This document shows, one piece after another, positions 55,588 to 64,000 of a stretch of 64,000 nt of DNA; the first letter of the stretch is position 1, and each line of letters begins with the position of its first letter. The notes below the pieces were generated by a model. That model did not search any database. It saw only the letters and a list, made by a program, of their open reading frames with translations, and was not told where the DNA came from. Made by a program: the position numbers and the translations under genes. The stretch is taken from assembly GCA_965240325.2 (NCBI GenBank), contig OZ251232.1:2108001-2172000 (forward strand), read 5' to 3'. The DNA comes from Rebecca billardiae RCC1528 (lineage: Eukaryota > Protista > Haptophyta).

Positions 55588-56167
55588 GCACTCCTTCTCG
55601 CCAGAGTCCGCGCGGCTCGTGGGCATGTGCGGCGCGATGGCGCCCAGCTCCTCGTCGGGCAACGCCTACTCGTCCTTGTACGGCGCGGACGCGCGCGCGC
55701 GCTCGCCCATCCCCGGCGTGGACCGCGGCGGCGGCGGCGGCACCGGCGGCGGCACCTCGAGCAGCCTGCGTACCGCGAGGCTCGAGGGCGAGCTGCGCGA
55801 CCTCAAGTCGCGCGTGGCGACGGGCTCGGCGGGCGGCGCACAATCAACGCCCGCGGGCGGCAGCGGCGGGTACGCGACGGGCGGCGGCACGTACGCGAGC
55901 GGCGGAGTAGGCGGGCGGTGCGCGCGAGCGCACACACCGCGCGCGCGCGCCCCCAGCGCGCCCAGCGCGAGCGCGAGCGCGCCGCCGCGCGCCGCAGCTC
56001 ACCCGCGCGCGCGCCGCACGCGCCGCCGCGTGGCCGCCGCCGCCGCCGCCGCCGCGCGCAGCTCTGCGGGCGCGAGCGCGCAGTCCGGCCTGGAGAGCTC
56101 GCAGCGCATGCTCGAGAGCAAGCTCGAGGAGCTCAAGAAGAAGCTCGAGGATGAGGCCTTCCACTAG
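53794..56167 (+). CDS. Long coiled-coil (myosin-tail-like) protein, spliced
   Basis: Heptad-rich E/K/L/R exons with recurring E.(K/R/E)AR..(L/M)E motif, separated by (GC)n-rich GT-AG introns. Confidence 0.7.
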
Positions 56168-57045
56168 ACGGGCTGACTGACCCACCCATTGACACTGACT
56201 GACCCACTGACTGGCTGACTGGCGCTCAGCCAGCCGCCTCTCTCTCGGTTGCCACGACGCACCAGGCGGCGCATGCGGATGCGCGCGGCCCGCGGACGGC
56301 GCGCGCGTCCGCCGCGAGCGCAGCGCTCGCGGCATGAGGCCTGGCGGGGCGCGAACTGTGCGGTGCGCACGGCGCGTGCACGGCTCCGGTTGGCCGTGCC
56401 ATCCGCTTCCTGCGCCGTGCCCGTGTGGCGTGTGGCGCGTGCGGGCGCCGCCAGGCACCTCGCCGGTCGCCCGCGATGGCTCCGATCATGCGCAGCGCGC
56501 AGAGAGTGCACATGCCTGCCCGCCTGCGCCTGCCCGTGGCCGAGGTGGTGACTCATGGTGAGGGCGTGCGGCGTCCGCGTGCAGCTTGCGCGCGGTGCGC
56601 GGTGGCACCGCACGTGTGGGCTGCTTTTTCTGTCATCAATGCGCACCGTGACCGGGCCCGCGCTCAAATATAATAATAGAAAGTCATCACAATATATAAT
56701 AAAATTGTCTGTCACTACAATCGCGCCCGCGGAATCGGCGGATGAATGCGCGCGGCCGGCTGGGGTGGCCGCGCTCACTGGCAAGCTGCCGGGCCGCGCT
56801 GCTCTACTGCTCAGGCGGCGATCGTCGACGACACTATATATATATGATGCGTGCAGCAAATGTCGTAGCAGTAGTCGTACGTACTGTAGCGTAGTATATA
56901 TATACGTTGTATGCACGCCGCCATATACTATGACGACATATTATCGCCATCAGCAGCATGAGCGAGCAAGGCCGCAAGGCGGCGCCGCCGACCGTCGGCG
57001 CTCATTCCCACTCCCAGACATTCAGGCGCAGCACGGGCCATCCGC

Positions 57046-58203
57046 TCACTTGAGGCCCATCTGCTCCTTGAGCCTGCGCAGGTCGTCGTCGACGCGCGCG
57101 TCAAAGTCGGTCTTGCCCGACCGCGCCGCCGCGCCGCGCGCGCCGCGCGCGCCCGGCGCGGCCGCGCGCTGCCGCCTGAGCTCGGCGAGCCGGCGCTCGA
57201 TCCGCTCCTGCCGGTCGCGCGCGCGGTACAGGTGGGCGCTGACGGCGTCGCACTGGCGGCGCGTGGCGGCGGCGTCCCTGCGCGCCTCGGTGGCGCGCTC
57301 GGTGGCGGCGGCGCGGCGCGCGGCGGACTCGGTGTCGCGCGCGCGCGCGAGCATCTCCACCGCGAGCGCCTCCGCCGCCGACACCTCGCGGCTCAGCTTC
57401 CCGAGCCGGCTCTCCAGCTGGCCAATCAGGAACTTGACGTCGTCGCGCTCGGCCTCGAGCGTGGCCGCGTCCGCGCTGGCGAGGACGGCGTCGTCGGCGG
57501 TGTCCTGCGCGGCGTACGCGTCGGCGCCGCCGCCGCCGCCCGCCGCCGCCGCCGCCGACGCCTCCACGTAGCTCAGCCAGTCCTCCAGCCCCGCGCCGTC
57601 CTCGAGCTCGGTCACGAACCGGCCGACCCCTTTGAGCACGTCGCCGAGCAGGGCGCCAAACGAGTCGTTCAGGTCGGAGGGCATCGGGTTGGCCTCGCGG
57701 TAGCGGCGCTCGCGCTCGGCGCGCGCCGCGCGCGCCTCGGCGGACTCGGGCTCGCGCCGCGCGTACGCCGACGACGAGGCCGACGCGCCGCCGCCGTACG
57801 CGCCGCCGCCTCGGCGGCGGCGGCGCAGGTCGTACGCGCGGCGCGTCTCCGGGTCGATCAGCGTCTTGTACGCCTCGGTGAGCGCCTCGAACTGCGCCTG
57901 CGCGTCGGGCGCCGGGTTCACGTCCGGGTGCTTCCGCATCGCCAGCCGCCGGTACGCCCGCTTCACCTCCTGCGCGCTCGCGTCGGCCGAGAGCTCGAGC
58001 GCGGCGTAGAAATCCGGGGCCGCCGCCATGCGCACGCGCGCGGCGAGGCGCGCGCGCACGGCGGGCTGCACGCCGCCGGGCGGGGCGCAGGTGGCAGCCG
58101 CTCGTGCGCGCGTGGCCGCCCACGCGCCGCAGCCCGGTGCACAGAGCACGAGCACGGCGGCTATCCACGCACGGCTGCCGCGCGCATGACGAATGACCCC
58201 CAT
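57046..58203 (-). CDS. DnaJ-domain protein with signal/transit peptide and coiled-coil C-terminus
   Basis: DFYAALEL...EVKRAYRRLAMRKHPDVN...AYKTLIDPETRRAYD. Confidence 0.9.
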   Translation of the reverse strand: MGVIRHARGSRAWIAAVLVLCAPGCGAWAATRARAAATCAPPGGVQPAVRARLAARVRMAAAPDFYAALELSADASAQEVKRAYRRLAMRKHPDVNPAPDAQAQFEALTEAYKTLIDPETRRAYDLRRRRRGGGAYGGGASASSSAYARREPESAEARAARAERERRYREANPMPSDLNDSFGALLGDVLKGVGRFVTELEDGAGLEDWLSYVEASAAAAAGGGGGADAYAAQDTADDAVLASADAATLEAERDDVKFLIGQLESRLGKLSREVSAAEALAVEMLARARDTESAARRAAATERATEARRDAAATRRQCDAVSAHLYRARDRQERIERRLAELRRQRAAAPGARGARGAAARSGKTDFDARVDDDLRRLKEQMGLK

Positions 58204-58364
58204 CGCTGCTCGCGTCCAGACTTCCAGAAGCCTTCGCTGCCTTCGCCAGCGCTGCAGTCTCCGCCGCGTGTCCGGTGCCGGGCTGCGGAGAGCCAGAGAC
58301 TCGGCGCCCCGCCCACGCGGAGCAGCCGCGCCGGTAAACGCGCCGAGGGCAGCGCGCGCCGCCG

Positions 58365-61300
58365 ATGGCGAGCGCGAGCGTCGGCGGCGCCGACGACCCG
58401 CTGATCCAGTTCACCTCGCTCCGCGTGCCCAACTCCTCCGCCGCGGCGAGCGAGCTGCTGCCGCTCGGCTTCCTGCTGCAGCCGCTCGCGCCGGACGTCG
58501 AGCTGCAGACGCTGCACCGCGACGCCGACCGCTGCCGGCACTGCGGCGCGTACGTGAACCCGTTCTGCACGGAGCTCGGCGCGTGCCTCGCCTGCGCGAT
58601 CTGCGGCAAGCCCAACTCGCAGTGGGACCTCGCCGGCGGCCTCGGCGCCCGCGCCTCCGCCCAGCCGGCGGCGGACGGCGGCTTCTCGAGCAGCGACGGC
58701 GGCGGCGGCGCGCGCGGCGGCGCGTGGGCCGAGCTCGAGGACTACGCGGTCGAGTACGTGCAGCCGATGTCGCAGCCGGGCGCGCCGCCCATGCGCGCGG
58801 GCACGCCCGGCCGCGGCGCCGCCGCCGCCGCCTCGCTCGAGTCGGCGCTCGGCGGCGGCGGCGGCGGCGCGCATGCGTATTCGGTCGACGTGCAGCCGGC
58901 CGCGATCGTTCTGCTGATCGACGAGGGGACGCCGGCGGCGCAGCTGGCGGAGGTGAGCGGCGCGATGCTCGAGCTGCTCGGCTCGCTCGACCAGTCCACC
59001 TGCGTCGCGCTCCTCACCTTCGGCGCCGCCGTCTGCGCGTACGAGCTGGCGCACGCGGCCGTCACAGAGGCGCTGATCCTACCGGCGGCGGCCGGCGCGG
59101 ACGCGGACGCGGCGGAGCAGGAGGCGGGCGGCGGTGGGTCGGGCGGCGGCGAGGCCGAGGGGGCGTACGCGCGCGGCGGCGAGGGGCACGGCGTGTACGA
59201 CGTGCTCGCGCGCAACGCCTCGCTCTACCTCGTGCCCGCGCACCACGCGGCGCGGCCGCTGCTGAGCGCGCTAGAGCTTCTGGAGGCTGCGGCGAACGAC
59301 GCAGGCGCCGTGCGCGCGGGCGCGGCGGACGGGGCTGCGGCGTGTGGCGGCGGCGGCGCGCGGTGCCTGGGGAGCGCGCTCATGGCCGCGCGCGCGCTGC
59401 TCGCGGCGCACGACCCCGGGCCGAGCGAGACCCTCCCCGACGGCGCGCCCGTGGACGCGCCGCCGCCGCCGCCGCGCGCGTGCCGGCTGGGCGCGAGCGT
59501 GCTGACTGTGCTCGCCGGTGTCCCGAGCGGCGGCGCCGGCGGTCTGGCGGAGGCGGCGGGCAAGCCGGGCGCGGGGCCGCGCGCCGAGCCGGGCGAGGAC
59601 GAGGGCGGCTGGCTCGGCGGGCTCGCGCGCGCGCTCTTCGGCCTCGGCGCCGACGCGCGGCCCGCGCACGCGCCGCCGCCCGGCTCGGGCGCGCACGGCG
59701 CGCAGCGCGCGGCGCGCGAGGCGGCCGCCGCGCCCTTCTGGGCGGCGCAGGGGCAGGCGATGGCGGAGGCGTCGGCGGCGGTGTCCGTGTTCTGCGTGGG
59801 CCACGCGCCCGACTTTGGGCTGCGCACGATCTACCCCATCGCGCACACCACCGGCGGCGTGGTCGTCGTCGTGAAGGCGGACAGCGGCGCGGAGCGCGCG
59901 CGCGCGCCACACCTGCGTGCGTGCTTGCAGTCGGCCGTGCGCGGCCGGCTTGGCGCGGACGCGACGCTGAGCCTGCGGCTCTCGCCGGGCGTGGTGGTGA
60001 CGCAGCTGATCGGCGGCGGCCTCGCGCAGCCGCGCGAGGCCGACGGCTCCGCCTGCGCCGCGCACGTGCTCCTCGGCGCGCTGCACGCCGGCAGCACCGT
60101 CTGCGCAGCGCTGCAGCTGCTGCCGCCCGACGAGCCGCGCGAGCACTTGGTCGTGCAGGTGAGAAGCGTGCGGGGGCGGCGGGGCTGGGGCCGGCGGGGC
60201 GCCGCGCGAGCGCGGCCGGGGCGGGGCACCGCGCGAGGGCGAGGGCGGCAGTGCGCGGGGCCGGCCGCTCGAGCCTCGCCGAGCGTGCGCCGGCGCGCGG
60301 CCGAGGGCGGGCGCGCTCGGGCCAGGCGGTCGGTCGGACGGACGGACACGCCGGCTGACGCGCCGCCGCGCGCGCCGCGCGCCGCCCGCCTCCCGCCCTC
60401 CCGCCCCCCAGGCTGTGCTGCACTACACGTGCGCGGTGACGGCGCAGCGGCGCACGCGCGTGCTCACCGCCGCGCTCCCCGCGCGCGGCACCACCGAGGC
60501 CTCCTTCCTGCACTCGGTGCAGCCGGTGCCGACCGCGCTGCTGCTCGCCAAGCGACTGTCGCTCGACGTGCTCGGCGGCGCGGCGCCGCACGAGGTGGAG
60601 GCCGCCGTCGACGCGCACGCGCGCGAGCTCGGCGCGGCGCACGGCCGGGAGCTCAGCGCGGCCGAGCGGCGCGCGAGCGGCTCCCTCCCGCGCGCGCGCG
60701 CGCGCACCCTCGCCGCGCCGCACCTCGACGAGCTCGCGCGCCTCCTGTACGGCGCGCGCCGCTCGGCCGCGCTGAGCGGGCTTCTGCAACACGGCGATGA
60801 GATCGCGGCCGCGGCGCTCGCGCTCGCCGCCGCCGGGCTGCCGCTCGGGATGAAGCTGCTCGAGCCCGCGCTGATGCGCGTGCGCGGCGTGCCGCAGCCG
60901 CCCGCGCCGGGCGGCACGGCGCCCGCCGGCTGGACGCTCAGCTTCGACAGGAGCCTGCCACCTGTCGACCTGTGCCTGCGGCCAGAGCACGTCCTAGTGA
61001 TCGACCATGGCACCGACATTTGCGTGTGGTGCGCGCTCAGCTGCGCGGGGCGAGCGCGCGGAGAGGCGCCCCGCCTGGCTGGCTGCCTGCCTGCCGCGCG
61101 GCACCCGCCGCGAGCCGCGCGCGCCGTGCTCACGCGCGCCACCCGCGCCCCCCCCGTCCCCTTCCGGGCCGCGCGCGCGGCCGGCTTGGCGCGCGCGCAG
61201 GGTTGGTGAGGAGGCGGGCGCGGGCGGCGGCGCGCCCGACGCCGACGCCGTCCCGCCGTGGCTCGCCGAGCTCAGCGCCGAGGCGTGGCGGCAGGCGGTG

Positions 61301-61768
61301 GCGCGCACGCCGTGCGCGCAGCTCCTCGTCGTGCGTGACGGCTCGTCCATGGCGCGCTGGGCGCTCGCGCGCCTCGAGCCGCTGCACAACGACCCGCCGG
61401 CCGCGCAGGCGGCCGCGCTGCCGCCGCTCGCAGCAATGGACGCGCGAGCGCGCGACGCGCTCAGCGCGCGCTTCCACCCGACGGACGACCTGAGCCTGGC
61501 GCAGTGGTGCGCGCGCGTGCGGCTCGACGTGCCGCCGCGCGCGGGGCCCCTGCAGCGAGCGCCGGACCTCACCGCCGCTGCCGGCGAGGCCGAGCGCGCC
61601 GCGTCGGCCGCAGCAGGGGCGCCGAGCGGAGGCCGCGCCGCGCCGCCGTACCGCACGCCACGAGCACAGGCGCCGCCGACCCGCCGCGCGGCCGACGCAG
61701 CCGCCGCAGCAGGCTCCGGCGGTCGCGCCATCGCGGGAGGTGGAGGCGGTGCCGTCGAGGACGTCTGA
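58365..61768 (+). CDS. Divergent Sec23/Sec24-family COPII protein (plant SEC23A-like), spliced
   Basis: Zn finger RCRHCGAYVNPFC..CAICGKPN, vWA trunk (IVLLID, VALLTFG, RCLGSAL), gelsolin-like VIDHGTDICVW, SMARW...RLEPLHNDP. Confidence 0.8.
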
Positions 61769-62085
61769 CGACAGACGAGACACGAGTGGGCGTTGATGCG
61801 GGCACGGCGGGCGGACGGGTGGCCGTGCAGCGTGCTGCGTGCCGGCGCCGAGCACTCATTATCAGAGATTCAATTTCAGATATATGGCGATGCCATCACT
61901 AGCAGCGTCTGCAGTGCACTGCCAAGAATGTATATATATGTATATATATAGAGCATATAATATATATAGCATATATATATATATATATATGCGCGCGACG
62001 CCCTGCGCCGGCCCGCGATGATGCCGGTCCGGGACTCTGCCGTGCGCAGTCCGTCATCTGCGCCCGGCCGCGCCGTCGACACTCG

Positions 62086-62089
<4 letters not shown>

Positions 62090-62172
<83 letters not shown>
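62090..62172. repeat. (TA)n microsatellite
   Basis: Long pure ta run; a shorter interrupted run lies at about 61930-61990. Confidence 0.97.
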
Positions 62173-62180
<8 letters not shown>

Positions 62181-62244
62181 GAATAAATAATACATATAAT
62201 ATCAGACTAAATCGACGACAGGCAGGGCTCCGCCGGTCGTCGAG

Positions 62245-63625
62245 TCACGTTGAACTCCAAACGCAGCGCAGCTTCTGCTCGCCGTCCCGGCGAGCCTGCG
62301 GTTGGCAACGGCCAATCCAATCGCCTCTGGTGGCGCAGCGCTTCGACCCGTCCCATTGCCGCCCGGCCCTGTACACCGCGCACTTGACCGGGTTCTGCAG
62401 CGCGCAGTTGCTCGCGCCGTTCTCCTGCGCGAGCTCGCCGATCTTCTCCGCCTCGTCGTTGAACGTCTTCTGCAGCCGGCACTCGTACGAGGGGAGGCCG
62501 ATGCCGGGCGCCTTGCACGAGCCGGCCATCACCAGCTGGTCGGGCGTCGCGTAGTACGCCGCCGGGGCCGCGTCCCCAAAGTCGCACTCGCCCACGACCT
62601 GCGTGAGGCGCGAGGCGCAGGCGCACGCACGCACACGCGCGCGCGCACACACACACATACGGCGCGGGGGTGTCAGCCTGCTACCAGCCAGCCACGCAGC
62701 CAGCGCGCGGGGCGCGTGTTGCTCGCACGCAGGCGCCGTGCCCGCTGGAGCGCGCGCGGCGGCCGCGCGCGCTCGGGTGCACCCGCCATCGCACCGTCTG
62801 CAGCGTCTCCTTGACCCGCGGCGATTGCCGGATCGCAGCGTTCAGCGCGCCGCCGCACAGACGGTTTGCGAACGGCGCCTCCACCGTGCACACGTAGTAT
62901 GTGAAGCGATCGCGGCCCTCGACGTCCTCGGCGCTGACGGTGACGTTGGGGAGGCCCGCCGCGTCGAGCGCCTCGACGACCGCGGCCTGCAGCACCTCCG
63001 CCCACTCGTCCACCAGCCCGCTGTCCGCGTTGAGCCCGGTGAGCAGGTCGTCCTCCGCCTGGTCAAACTCGGCATCGTCCGCGCCGTCCTTCGCCTTGAG
63101 CGTGACGGTTACGCCGACTTTTGTATCCAGCCTGCGCCGCGGCGCGGCGTCGGCGTGCGGCCCGGCGCCGGCCGAGGCGGACGCGGCCGCCTCGCCCGCC
63201 GTGCCCAGCAGCGCGCGCCGCCGCCGGCCGTCCGCCTTGCGCCCGTCGTCGTCCACCTCGACGCCGCCGTCGAGCTTGCCGTTGATGGCGTCCTTCAGCG
63301 TGCTGTAGATGTCGGACGAGCTGTCGTCGAGCCCGTCCTCGAAGGTGGTGGCGGCGCTGTCTGAGGCGAAGACGAGGTTGAAGCCCATCTCTGGCGCCGG
63401 ATCGCTCTCGGGCGGCGCCACCAGCTCGGGCGGGTTCTTGGACTCGACGTCCAGCCAAGAGGTGCCGACGATGATCAGGATGACGAGGATGATGATCGGG
63501 GTGAGGCAGCACCAGAGCAGGCCGCACTTGGGGCTCGGCGTGCAGCAGAGCTCCTTGCACTGCGCGCCGCGCGACGTTGGCTCGCCCTCGATCTGCAAGG
63601 GCTTCTCGCCCGGCACGGCGCTCAT
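62245..63625 (-). CDS. Type II single-pass membrane protein with Cys-containing ectodomain (intron 62599-62794)
   Basis: MSAVPGEKP..., TM CCLTPIIILVILIIVG, RRRALL and RRRL motifs, in-frame splice LQT|VVGECDF. Confidence 0.6.
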
Positions 63626-64000
63626 CTTTACTATGGCGCCCGCGGACGGCGGGGCGGCCGGGTCGTCAATGACGACGACGATGACGAAACGAACGGGGTT
63701 CCCTCCGATCAATATTCCCGCCCGAAGTTTGTAGTTCGGGGGAATTTTTCGGGCAGCGCCAGCCGCCGCCAGCCAGCCAGCTGGCTCGAGCAGCAAGCGC
63801 GTACGCGACCGCCCGGGGAGCACGGGGCAGGCTCGACCAGCTGCTACCCGCGGCTGAGACTGCCAGCTGACATCCGGACCTGCACTTTCGCCCTTGCTCG
63901 GGGCACAGCAGGTCCATGCGAGCCGCGCAGCGCAGGTGGATCGCGCTTCAGCAGCTCAAGGCCGCGCTCAAGCTTTACGATCGCGGTGCAGGCTATGCTC

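Overview
Very GC-rich, intron-containing eukaryotic DNA. Bipartite signal+transit peptides, a fatty acid photodecarboxylase and (GC)n-rich introns suggest a secondary-plastid alga, probably a haptophyte (inference). Host genes: CCDC77-like (partial), BMS1, TTLL-type tubulin ligase, an LRR/Cys-rich/multi-TM/TIR receptor, FkbM-type methyltransferase, FAP, LLPH/DUF2423, XRN2 with an R3H-like insert, a PA/multi-TM/TIR-HET-like protein, aspartate kinase, pyruvate carboxylase, a coiled-coil protein, a DnaJ protein, a divergent Sec23 and a type II membrane protein. The most unusual content is mobile DNA. (1) A 6.86-kb DIRS-type RT/RNase H retroelement (32947-39808) has split inverted repeats A...A'B..B', where A'B is the complement of its circle junction; it also carries a 2A-like GEASNPGP motif and a higher-order minisatellite, and no recombinase is recognisable. 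(2) Two short tRNA-headed fold-back elements (5274-5677, 10546-10858) have terminal inverted repeats that form head-to-head palindromes; a diverged 'empty' palindrome and a palindrome-bounded cassette lie nearby. (3) Two copies of a TSD-less Helentron-like element, one nested in a TIR element, and a spliced pogo-type transposase remnant are also present. All homology calls come from recognised motifs, not database searches.
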